Shown here: piece by piece, positions 1 to 8,250 of the stretch
How the letters are laid out: the number at the start of each line of letters is the position of its first letter
How positions within the stretch are numbered: the first letter of the stretch is position 1
From: a candidate division WOR-3 bacterium
GTDB lineage: Bacteria; Hydrothermota; Hydrothermia; B15-G9; WFZT01
Reading direction: 5' to 3'
Assembly (NCBI GenBank): GCA_027053075.1
Contig: JALUEE010000041.1
Location: 1-15,823, forward strand
DNA length: 15,823 nucleotides
Translations under genes and position numbers: made by a program
The notes under the pieces: generated by a model
Seen by the model: only the letters and a program-made list of their open reading frames with translations
Told to the model about the DNA's origin: nothing
The model's database searches: none

Positions 1-120
1 TTTATACGGTATAAACGAATATATCCTTCCGGTAAAAATTGTTGATTTAGTGCGAAAAATTGAATTTCCCGCCCAGATTGCGTTGTATAAATATACATGA
101 AAAGCAAAAACATGGGTGAT

Positions 121-212
121 GTCAGGGTTAGGAGAGGGGTCACATCTTGGATTTTTTAAGATTTTATGTGGAAAGCCTCTTTTCCCACTGTGCGAGGCAC
201 TATGGGGGATAG
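121..212. repeat. Degenerate copy A of the REPIN/MITE-like doublet element
   Basis: GGGTTAGGAGAGGGG tail; 43-bp core 134-176 is 36/43 identical to 7988-8030; imperfect right hairpin CCCACTGTGC-GAG-GCACTATGGG at 184-206; no left hairpin recognisable. Confidence 0.75.
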
Positions 213-336
213 TATTTGCACATACTAACTTTTCGGAAGAAATGCTTACTGAAGGTCTTTTTCGTTTCGGGTTTAAAGAGTTAAAGTGAGATGGGCTTCA
301 TGGGTCCTACATTTTTGAAAACCTCACAAAATAAAA

Positions 337-367
337 ATGGGGCCGCGCACTTCGTGCGCGGCCCCAT
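337..367 (-). terminator. Intrinsic terminator of nifJ
   Basis: Perfect 14-bp stem ATGGGGCCGCGCAC-TTC-GTGCGCGGCCCCAT, 21 nt past the nifJ stop, followed on the minus strand by a T-rich tract (+ strand aaaataaaaa). Confidence 0.8.
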
Positions 368-388
368 CACATTCTTCCTCAAATTTCT

Positions 389-3300
389 TTACTTCTTAAC
401 CTTCTCCAGCCACTCGTCAAGCTGAATCTGGAAGTACTCAGGCGGCATAGATGCCCAGTGCTTGTACCAGTTCCATCTCACAAGAATCTCCCTCTGAGCC
501 TCTCTCAATAACCTCTTTGCCTCCTCTGGCTTGTTGTAGAAGAGAACTCTGAATCTGCCCTCGTTCATGATGTACTTTTCAAGAGGTATTGAGGGGTCTT
601 TGGAATCGAGCTGGAGAGGATTCTTACCCTGCTTTACGAGCTCTGGATTGTACCTCATGAGTGGCCAGTAACCCGACTTAACCGCCAGTTTCTGCTGCTC
701 TGCACCGTAGGCGAGGTCATAACCGTGCTCGATACAGTGTGAGTAAGCAACAATCAAAGAAGGTCCATCATAGGCTTCTGCCTCAAGCATTGCCCTCAGT
801 GTGTGGACATCGTTTGCACCAATAGCAACTCTTGCCACATAGACATAACCATAGCTCATTGCCATCATGGCAAGGTCTTTCTTCGGCAGCTGCTTACCAC
901 CAGCAGCAAATTTCACAACCGAACCCATTGGCGTTGCCTTTGACTGCTGGCCACCCGTGTTTGAATAGACTTCTGTATCAAGTACAAGCACATTGACGTT
1001 CTTGCCAAGTGCAAGCACGTGGTCGAGACCACCGTATCCAATATCGTAGGCCCAACCGTCACCGCCAACGATCCAGACACTCTTTTTAACGAGTACGTCG
1101 GCAAGACCAAGTAGGTCTTTGACCTCGGGTCTTTCTGGCAGTCTCTTTAAAATTTCCTTTAATTTTGCCACTCTCTTCCGCTGCTCCTCAATTTCCGCTT
1201 CGTTGGTCTGCTTTGCATTCTTAAGCTCATCAACAAGCTGATCGCCAATCTCATGTCTCAGTTTGTCAAGAAGCTCATGAGCATATTCAATCTGCTTGTC
1301 GAGGGCAAGACGGAATCCAACACCAAATTCTGCATTGTCTTCGAAGAGTGAATTTGACCACGCAGGTCCACGACCCTCTTTATTGTAAGTCCATGGCGTT
1401 GTTGGCAGGTTACCACCATAGATAGATGAGCAACCTGTGGCATTTGCAATGATCGCCCTATCTCCAAAGAGTGAGCTCATAAGTCTTAAGTAAGGCGTTT
1501 CACCGCAGCCCGGGCATGCGCCGGAGAACTCAAAGAGTGGTTCGAGGAATTGAACATCGAGAACGGTGTTGAGCCTGATCTTCTTTCTGTCAACTTCCGG
1601 TATATTCAGGAAGAAGTTCCAATTTTCTGACTCCTGTTCCCTGATAGGTGGCTGTGGAACCATGTTGAGAGCCTTTCTCTCAGGATTCTTCTTGTCATGG
1701 GCAGGACATACCTCAACACAGAGACGGCATCCTGTACAATCCTCTGGTGACACCTGGATTGTGTATTTCAGGCCTTTAAACTGTTTGTTGTACTTAACAT
1801 CGGCAGACTTAAATGTTGGAGGTGCATCTTTCAGTACCTCTGGATCATAAACTTTTGCCCTGATAACCGCGTGCGGACAGATCATTACACATTTTCCACA
1901 CTGGGTACAGATGTCAGGATCCCATTCAGGAATCTCGAGTGCAATGTTTCTCTTTTCCCATTTTGTAGTTCCGCTCGGCCATGTCCCATCATCAGGGAAT
2001 GCAGAAACCGGCAGTTCGTCGCCTTTGTATTCCAGCATCTTTGCTGTAACTTTCTTCACAAACTCTGGTGCCTCAGGTGGAACCGGTGGCCTCATGTGTA
2101 GCTTACTGGTAACCTGATTGGGATATTTGACTTCATGGACACCTTCAACAGCCTTGTCTACAGCGGCATAGTTTTTCTCGACGATTTCCTTTCCTCTTTT
2201 ACCCCAGGTTTTATTAATAAATTCTTTAATCTTCTTGATTGCCTCGTCCTTGGGGAGAATTCCCGAAAGGATGAAGAATCCGGTCTGCATGACCGTGTTG
2301 ATCCTTGAGCCAAGTCCAACTTCTTTTGCAATCTTGTATGCATCAATCACATAAAGCTTGAGTTTTTTATCAATGATCTGCTTCTGAACCTCTGCCGGAA
2401 GTTTATCCCAGACCTCATCGGGGCCATATGGGCTATTAATGAGGACAGTTGCACCTTCTTCCGCCCTGTCAAGCATATGGATTCTTTCGAGGAATGGGAA
2501 CTGGTGGATTCCCACGTAACTCGCCTTATTAATGAGATAGGGTGACTTAATCGGGTCAGGTCCAAATCTCAGGTGGGAAACTGTGAGAGAGCCAGCTTTT
2601 CTTGAGTCATAAACAAAGTACCCTTGAGCATAGTTATCAGTTTCGAGTCCAATAATCTTGATTGTGTTTTTACTTGCACTAACTGTTCCGTCAGAGCCAA
2701 GACCAAAGAAGACAGCCCTTGTTCTTGTCGGGGGCTCGATTATGAAATTGGGGTCGTATTCGATGCTTGTGTTGGTAACGTCATCGTAAATTCCAACGGT
2801 AAAGTGGTTCTTGGGATTGTCTTTCTTCATCTCGTCGAAAATTCCCTTGACCATTGCAGGGGTGAACTCTTTGGAGGAGAGACCGTATCTGCCGCCGATT
2901 ACTCTGGGTTTCTCTTTGAAGTGGGCAAATCCTTCCTGGTAAGCAAGCTGTATGGCGTTGACCACATCTTCATAAAGAGGCTCACCAATGGAACCTGGTT
3001 CCTTTGTCCGGTCTAATGCGGCAATTGTGTGAACTGTAGGTGGAAGCGCCTTTATGAAATCTTTTACTGAGAATGGGCGGTAAAGTCTGACCTTGATGAC
3101 TCCAACCTTTTCGCCTTTGTTAGCAAGATATTCAACAGTCTCATGAACAGTTTCGGCACCTGAAGCCATTATAACAATCACTCTTTCGGCATCTTCTGGC
3201 CCTTCATACTGGAAGAGGTAGTACTGACGCCCCACGATCTCAGCAAATTTGTTCATTACTTTCTGAACGATTTCTGGTGTCTTTAGATAGTAAGGATTGA

Positions 3301-3994
3301 CAGCCTCGCGGGCCTGGAAATAAGTATCAGGATTGTGGGAAGTTCCTCTAATGAATGGATTATCAGGATTTAATGCCCTTGCCCTGTGGGCGCGGACAAG
3401 GTCATCATCAATCATTGCCCTCATGTCATCGAGGGACAATTTCTCAATCTTGGAAATCTCGTGAGAAGTTCTAAAGCCATCAAAGAAGTGTAAGAATGGG
3501 ACTCTTGATTCCAGAGTTGCTGCCTGGGCGATGAGTGCAAAGTCCATTGCCTCCTGAACAGAGCCTGAAGGCATGATAGCGAATCCTGTCTGTCTTGTTG
3601 CCATAACGTCGGAGTGCTCTCCAAAGATACTCAAGGCGTGCGTTGCAACTACCCTTGCGGCGATATGGAATACTGTGGAATTTAGCTCGCCGGCTATTTT
3701 AAACATATTTGGAATCATTAATAGGAGTCCCTGTGAAGCGGTAAAAGTGGTGGTGAGGGCACCTCTCTGAAGAGAGCCGTGTACTGCACCGGAAGCGCCA
3801 CCTTCACTCTGCATCTCAGTCACACGAGGTACCGTACCCCAGATATTGGGCCTGCCTTCAGCAGACCACGCATCTGCGTGCTCACCCATTGGAGATGATG
3901 GGGTGATGGGGTAAATCGTAATAATTTCATTGATGTGATAGGCTACATACGCTGTAGCTTCGTTGCCATCCATTGCAACAATTTCACGTTTCAT
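389..3994 (-). CDS. nifJ: Pyruvate:ferredoxin (flavodoxin) oxidoreductase, single-chain NifJ/PFOR type, 1201 aa
   Basis: N-terminal YPITPSS and EMQSEGGA motifs, FFDGFRTSHE, GLGSDGTV domain III, two ferredoxin motifs (CTQCGKCVMICP, CTGCRLCVEVCP), FSGACPGCGE, TPP-binding GGDGWAYDIG...YSNTGGQ; SD GGAGGT at 4003-4008 on the minus strand. Confidence 0.97.
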   Translation of the reverse strand: MKREIVAMDGNEATAYVAYHINEIITIYPITPSSPMGEHADAWSAEGRPNIWGTVPRVTEMQSEGGASGAVHGSLQRGALTTTFTASQGLLLMIPNMFKIAGELNSTVFHIAARVVATHALSIFGEHSDVMATRQTGFAIMPSGSVQEAMDFALIAQAATLESRVPFLHFFDGFRTSHEISKIEKLSLDDMRAMIDDDLVRAHRARALNPDNPFIRGTSHNPDTYFQAREAVNPYYLKTPEIVQKVMNKFAEIVGRQYYLFQYEGPEDAERVIVIMASGAETVHETVEYLANKGEKVGVIKVRLYRPFSVKDFIKALPPTVHTIAALDRTKEPGSIGEPLYEDVVNAIQLAYQEGFAHFKEKPRVIGGRYGLSSKEFTPAMVKGIFDEMKKDNPKNHFTVGIYDDVTNTSIEYDPNFIIEPPTRTRAVFFGLGSDGTVSASKNTIKIIGLETDNYAQGYFVYDSRKAGSLTVSHLRFGPDPIKSPYLINKASYVGIHQFPFLERIHMLDRAEEGATVLINSPYGPDEVWDKLPAEVQKQIIDKKLKLYVIDAYKIAKEVGLGSRINTVMQTGFFILSGILPKDEAIKKIKEFINKTWGKRGKEIVEKNYAAVDKAVEGVHEVKYPNQVTSKLHMRPPVPPEAPEFVKKVTAKMLEYKGDELPVSAFPDDGTWPSGTTKWEKRNIALEIPEWDPDICTQCGKCVMICPHAVIRAKVYDPEVLKDAPPTFKSADVKYNKQFKGLKYTIQVSPEDCTGCRLCVEVCPAHDKKNPERKALNMVPQPPIREQESENWNFFLNIPEVDRKKIRLNTVLDVQFLEPLFEFSGACPGCGETPYLRLMSSLFGDRAIIANATGCSSIYGGNLPTTPWTYNKEGRGPAWSNSLFEDNAEFGVGFRLALDKQIEYAHELLDKLRHEIGDQLVDELKNAKQTNEAEIEEQRKRVAKLKEILKRLPERPEVKDLLGLADVLVKKSVWIVGGDGWAYDIGYGGLDHVLALGKNVNVLVLDTEVYSNTGGQQSKATPMGSVVKFAAGGKQLPKKDLAMMAMSYGYVYVARVAIGANDVHTLRAMLEAEAYDGPSLIVAYSHCIEHGYDLAYGAEQQKLAVKSGYWPLMRYNPELVKQGKNPLQLDSKDPSIPLEKYIMNEGRFRVLFYNKPEEAKRLLREAQREILVRWNWYKHWASMPPEYFQIQLDEWLEKVKK

Positions 3995-4042
3995 TGTCTC
4001 TAACCTCCGGTAGTAACAGTTTTTCTAATTTTAAACCACGAA

Positions 4043-4080
4043 AGGTGAAATTTCACGGACTAAATTGTATGATTTCACAA
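4043..4080. promoter_or_regulatory. Tandem palindromic operator candidates in the divergent nifJ/omp85 promoter region
   Basis: Perfect palindrome GTGAAATTTCAC (4045-4056) and TTGTATGATTTCACAA (4065-4080), 22 bp apart; minus-strand TAAAAT -10 candidate at 4028-4033. Confidence 0.4.
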
Positions 4081-4088
4081 TTGAATAT

Positions 4089-5285
4089 ATGTGGAATTTG
4101 CTATTGATTCTCATAATCTCGCAAACCTATTCAATCAATGGGAATAGAGTTGTCTCCGATTCGCTCATAATTCAAAGAATTGCCCATGATTCCACTGACC
4201 GGGAAATAGCGGAAGACATACTTAATCTTTACCTTGACTACGGGTTCCCTTTTGCCAGGGTGAGGATCATGAGATCAGGAGATTCTGTACATATTGCGAT
4301 AAAGGAAGGCCCACTCGCTCGGCTTGAGGGAATTGAAATTGAACCACAAAAGTACCGAGGAGCAAAGCAGATTTTACCGGCACTAAAGGGGAAAATTTTC
4401 CGAACAGATGTGCTTAAAACAATAAGCTCAAGGATCAACTCTGTTGGATTTCTAAAATTTCGGGGGATTGAATTTAGAAAGGGGGAGAACGGCATAATTC
4501 TTGTTGCTCGGGTCAAAAAAGTTGATAGTCCTGGGAAATTTTTAATGAGCCTATCCGTTGCAAATAGGAAATTAGTGGGTTTTTCGGATTTTACCTTAAA
4601 AAACTTATTTGGCAGACCTGGACTCTTCTCGCTGCAATACTCACAAATTGAGGAGGGGGCAAGGGATATCTTGCTGAAGTTTGACCTTCCTTACATCAAA
4701 GGCTCTGCTCTGGGGCTTTATGCGGGTTACCACAATATTTTATCACATGCAGGTTTTTCCATAATTTACAGAGCCGGGTATGATTTCAGGTCAGAGCACG
4801 TTAGATTTTCAAATGGAATTATGGCAAATGAGACTCCTGATGGACGGGACTACTTTGCAGAATTTGCAGGGGAAGGGGATTTCTATGCCGGCAGGCTAAA
4901 TTTACTCGGTCGGTTGATTTACAGAAGTGGGAGATATAGAGGGACCATGAGGCTTGAGGCTCATCCTGGAATAATTGGCCTGTACCTTTATGGATTTCGT
5001 ACCCGTGGGGCTGAATTCGACGCAGAAAATCTTGGAGGACCCGCCTTTTTGCATGGCTACCCATACGGCTTTCTAAAGGCCACAAACGGTGAGGTTATCA
5101 AGGTAGATGTCAGACTCTACAGGTGGTTCGGTGTTTTCGCGAGTCTCGGATATATTGAGGGTGAGGGGTATTCAAGCTATGGAATCTCACTTCTTGCCCC
5201 TCGAGGCCAGATTTATTACGGATTGCGTCCAGGTGTGGATTTCTACAATGGGATACTCACGGTCTCTTTGAAAATCGCGTTGTGA
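4089..5285 (+). CDS. Compact Omp85 (BamA/TamA)-like outer-membrane protein with POTRA-like N-terminus, about 398 aa
   Basis: Hydrophobic signal-like start MWNLLLILIISQ; POTRA-like INGNRVVSD and LYLDYGFPFARV...IAIKEGP; barrel-start KNLFGRPG; loop-6-like LGGPAFLHGY; aromatic/Gly-rich beta-strand pattern. ATG 4089 preferred over TTG 4065. Confidence 0.6.
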   Translation: MWNLLLILIISQTYSINGNRVVSDSLIIQRIAHDSTDREIAEDILNLYLDYGFPFARVRIMRSGDSVHIAIKEGPLARLEGIEIEPQKYRGAKQILPALKGKIFRTDVLKTISSRINSVGFLKFRGIEFRKGENGIILVARVKKVDSPGKFLMSLSVANRKLVGFSDFTLKNLFGRPGLFSLQYSQIEEGARDILLKFDLPYIKGSALGLYAGYHNILSHAGFSIIYRAGYDFRSEHVRFSNGIMANETPDGRDYFAEFAGEGDFYAGRLNLLGRLIYRSGRYRGTMRLEAHPGIIGLYLYGFRTRGAEFDAENLGGPAFLHGYPYGFLKATNGEVIKVDVRLYRWFGVFASLGYIEGEGYSSYGISLLAPRGQIYYGLRPGVDFYNGILTVSLKIAL

Positions 5286-5295
5286 GTTATATAAT
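5268..5295 (+). promoter_or_regulatory. Sigma70-type promoter for the ligase operon, likely leaderless transcript
   Basis: TTGAAA (5268-5273), 16-bp spacer, TATAAT (5290-5295), ATG 6 nt later; no SD. Confidence 0.55.
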
Positions 5296-5301
5296 TCCCT
5301 C

Positions 5302-6474
5302 ATGAGATTTCTGGAATTCCAGGCCAAACGCCTTCTCGAATTTCACGGCATAAAGACTCCCAGATCGGTTTTGTATGGAGAAAAGATGCCCGATTTCTCT
5401 CCCCCCTATGTCCTAAAAGCCCAGATTCCATCAGGTGGCAGAGGAAAGGCGGGGGGAGTGCTTTTTGCAGAGAATGATAAAGAGTTAAAAGACAGGGCCG
5501 ACTCTCTTCTCAAGGGCTCCATCAAAGGATTCCCCGTTAAGCATGTCCTCGTTGAAGAGAAGCTCAGGATAGAGCGTGAATTTTTTGTGTCTTTTATGAT
5601 AGATGCATCGGTTAAGCGTGAAATCCTGATATTTTCATCCGAAGGTGGAGTGGATATCGAGGAGCTTGCGAAAAAGGAGCCTCGAAAAATCAGACGCCTT
5701 GAAATTCGTCCTTTCTACGGCTTTCAGGATTATGAGGTGCGAGAGATTCTGGATGTCACCGGCAAAAATCTTCTCAAGCTTAGCTCACTTATTTTAAAGC
5801 TGTATCGAATATTCCATGAGCTTGATGCCACAATTCTTGAGGTAAATCCACTTGTCCTGACAGAGGACGGGTATTTTGTAGTCGCGGATGTACATCTTGA
5901 GATTGAAGATGAGGCTCTAAAGAGACACCCAGAGCTTGGAGACATGGTCAGCCACTATGAGGAGTTTATTGGCACACGCGAGATGACAGAGATGGAAAAA
6001 CGTGCACGGGAAATTGACAATCTTGACCACAGGGGAGTTGCAGGTAGATTTATTGAGTTTGACGGGAATCTTGGGCTTTTGATAGGTGGAGGTGGAGCGA
6101 GTCTGACTGTTTTTGATGCCATAAGGAAGTATGGTGGAAAACCTGCCAATTACTGTGAAATAGGCGGGAATCCGAGCGTGAAGAAGGTTGCGGAATTGAC
6201 GAAGCTGTTGCTTTCAAAGCCCGGAGTGGAAAAGATTGCAGTGATCATGAATGTGGTGTCCAACACGAGAGTTGACCTTGTAGCGAGAGGTGTGATTAAA
6301 GGGATTCTCGAGAGCGGAAGGGACCCGAAGGATGTTATTACAGTTTTTAGAATACCCGGTGCATGGGAGGACGAAGGATTCAAAATTCTCAAAAAATACG
6401 GGGTAAAGTATCTAACCAGGGAATATTCCCTGGATGATGCAGCAAGAATGGCGGTTCAGGGATGGCAATCTTAA
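5302..6474 (+). CDS. ADP-forming acyl-CoA ligase beta subunit (SucC superfamily), citryl-CoA synthetase large-subunit (CcsA)-like
   Basis: ATP-grasp motifs LEFQAK, KAQIPSGGRGKAGGV, SSEGGVDIEE, EVNPL; ligase domain has DHRGVAG, GGGGAS, EIGGNP, LSKPG and SNTRVD instead of SucC NGAGLAM, DVGGGA and NIFGGI. Confidence 0.85.
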   Translation: MRFLEFQAKRLLEFHGIKTPRSVLYGEKMPDFSPPYVLKAQIPSGGRGKAGGVLFAENDKELKDRADSLLKGSIKGFPVKHVLVEEKLRIEREFFVSFMIDASVKREILIFSSEGGVDIEELAKKEPRKIRRLEIRPFYGFQDYEVREILDVTGKNLLKLSSLILKLYRIFHELDATILEVNPLVLTEDGYFVVADVHLEIEDEALKRHPELGDMVSHYEEFIGTREMTEMEKRAREIDNLDHRGVAGRFIEFDGNLGLLIGGGGASLTVFDAIRKYGGKPANYCEIGGNPSVKKVAELTKLLLSKPGVEKIAVIMNVVSNTRVDLVARGVIKGILESGRDPKDVITVFRIPGAWEDEGFKILKKYGVKYLTREYSLDDAARMAVQGWQS

Positions 6475-7355
6475 TTGACGAAAATACTCGTGTACTTGTT
6501 CAGGGTATAACAGGCAGAGAAGCTGCCACATTTGTTAAGGACATGCTCGACTACGGAACACCAGTCCTGGCAGGTGTTACGCCGGGCAAAGGCGGGCTAT
6601 CGGTTCACGGTGTCCCTGTTTTTGACACGGTCAAAGGGGCGGTATCAAAAACCGGTGTGAATACAAGTGTTGTGTCAGTTCCACCATTTTTTGCCAGATC
6701 TGCTGTCATGGAGGCTGTGGACAATGGGATAAAATTGGTTGTGGTGGTAACAGAGCGAATCCCCCAGCACGATGTTGTTGAGTTTCTCGAATTTACCCGT
6801 ATCCATGGAACAACTGTTGTGGGGCCCAATTCCCTTGGAATTATTAATCCTGGAGTGGCAAAGGTGGGGATGATCGGCGGTCGAAGCGAAGATACTCACA
6901 AATCCTTTAGAAAAGGCGTGGTGGGTGTGGTTTCCCGCTCCGGTGGCATGACAACAGAAATCTCCAACCTTTTATCCCACAGCGGGTTGGGAGTTTCGAC
7001 CGCAGTTTCCATTGGTGGAGATCCGCTAATTGGTTTTACCATTAAGGATGCTGTGATGAAATTTGAAGAGGATGAAGAGACCCGTGCTATCGTTGTTTTC
7101 TCTGAGCCCGGTGGGACTCAGGAGGAAGAGCTTGCGGATTATGTGAAAGAGCACGGTTTGAAGAAACCCATTGTGGTTTTCATTGCAGGCAGGTTTGCCG
7201 ATGAATTTCAGGGAGTGAGATTTGGCCATGCCGCTTCAATAGTTCATGGTGAGAAAGGTAGTCCGAGGCACAAGATTAAGGTTTTAAGAGAGGCTGGAAT
7301 CCCTGTTGCGGACTCGCTTAATGAGATAGTCGAAATTTTGAGGGAGAAGATTTGA
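6462..7355 (+). CDS. ADP-forming acyl-CoA ligase alpha subunit (SucD superfamily), citryl-CoA synthetase small-subunit (CcsB)-like
   Basis: CoA-binding VQGITGREA and [26 protein letters not shown], phospho-His motif RFGHA; overlaps the upstream gene by 13 nt. Confidence 0.87.
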   Translation: MAILIDENTRVLVQGITGREAATFVKDMLDYGTPVLAGVTPGKGGLSVHGVPVFDTVKGAVSKTGVNTSVVSVPPFFARSAVMEAVDNGIKLVVVVTERIPQHDVVEFLEFTRIHGTTVVGPNSLGIINPGVAKVGMIGGRSEDTHKSFRKGVVGVVSRSGGMTTEISNLLSHSGLGVSTAVSIGGDPLIGFTIKDAVMKFEEDEETRAIVVFSEPGGTQEEELADYVKEHGLKKPIVVFIAGRFADEFQGVRFGHAASIVHGEKGSPRHKIKVLREAGIPVADSLNEIVEILREKI

Positions 7356-7356
7356 G

Positions 7357-7563
7357 ATGGGCATTTTTATCGATGTTTTAGTAGATGAGAATCTATGTGA
7401 ATTTTCTAAAGGATGTGATAAGTGTATCACAATCTGCCCGGTAGACATTTTTTACAACCAATCGGGTAGGTTGGGGATAAAAGATGAGGATGAATGTACC
7501 CTCTGTGACCAGTGCCTGGAAGTTTGCCCTACAAATGCAATTAAAATCGTGAAAAAGTATTAG
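7357..7563 (+). CDS. Small 2[4Fe-4S] ferredoxin, 68 aa
   Basis: CEFSKGCDKCITICP (Cx5Cx2Cx3CP) and CTLCDQCLEVCP; starts 1 nt after the alpha-subunit stop, with a purine-rich GGGAGAAG upstream. Confidence 0.88.
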   Translation: MGIFIDVLVDENLCEFSKGCDKCITICPVDIFYNQSGRLGIKDEDECTLCDQCLEVCPTNAIKIVKKY

Positions 7564-7624
7564 CTCCTCTGAAAGCCCTCCCCAATTGAATTAAGTTCTG
7601 AGTTCCTGTGAAAATCCATAAATT

Positions 7625-7742
7625 CCCCTCTACCACGAAGTGGGAGAGGGGTGGGGTGAGGGATACATCTTTTAAATTTTTCTAATTTTCAAGCGGAAAG
7701 CCCCCACCCTACACCCTACCCCGCGCGAAGCGCGGGGTAGGG
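7625..7742. repeat. Complete copy B of the REPIN/MITE-like doublet element
   Basis: Left hairpin CCCCTCTACCAC-GAA-GTGGGAGAGGGG (7625-7651) plus TGGGGTGAGGG tail; AT-rich spacer ending GCGGAAAGC; inverted tail CCCCCACCCT; perfect right hairpin CCCTACCCCGCGC-GAA-GCGCGGGGTAGGG (7714-7742). Confidence 0.85.
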
Positions 7743-7949
7743 AAGTTTCTCAGGCTATTGGAGAACCAACGGTCAAAGCCCGTAGATAGATGGAGAAATA
7801 TTGTATGTCATTGCTGAGGTAAAGAACTTGTGAAGAAAGGAAATTCACAGGATTAGTCCTACCAGTATACTTTTTAAAAGTAAGTGTACATGGGATTTCT
7901 ACAAAGCTCTGCAGTACCGATTTCTGATCTCGCTTACCAAAAATATCTT

Positions 7950-8065
7950 CCTATCCCCGCATAAATTTTTGCGGGGAGAGGTCAGGTGAGGGGTAACATC
8001 TTGGATTTTTTAATATTCCTGGCGGAAAGCACTCTCCCATAAAGTTCATTTGTGGGGGAGGGAAA
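7950..8065. repeat. Copy C of the REPIN/MITE-like doublet element
   Basis: Left stem CCTATCCCCGCA/TGCGGGGAGAGG (7950-7981) plus TCAGGTGAGGGG tail; core 7988-8030; right stem CTCTCCCATAAA/TTTGTGGGGGAG (8032-8060). Confidence 0.8.
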
Positions 8066-8250
8066 CGTTTTTTATCAGTTTTTGAGGCATGAGCTTTGTT
8101 TGTGGGGAGGGAAATGCTGTCGCGACTGTGGAAATTTTAAAGTATACCCAGGGGCTATCCTGAAATCTTTATAAAAAGAGGGTTTTTCAGCCAGAGTCCT
8201 ATGTGTTTATCAAGGTGAGGAATTAAAGCTGTGGAAGGTTAGAGTAAAAA

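Noticed and set aside
5302..7355. Calling this pair sucC/sucD, or firmly ccsA/ccsB
   Set aside because: The motifs depart from SucCD, and citrate specificity cannot be shown from sequence alone, so gene symbols were left blank.
7829..7851. TTGTGAA-N9-TTCACAG Rex-like inverted repeat
   Set aside because: Wrong spacing, and it lies between convergent gene ends with no promoter to regulate.
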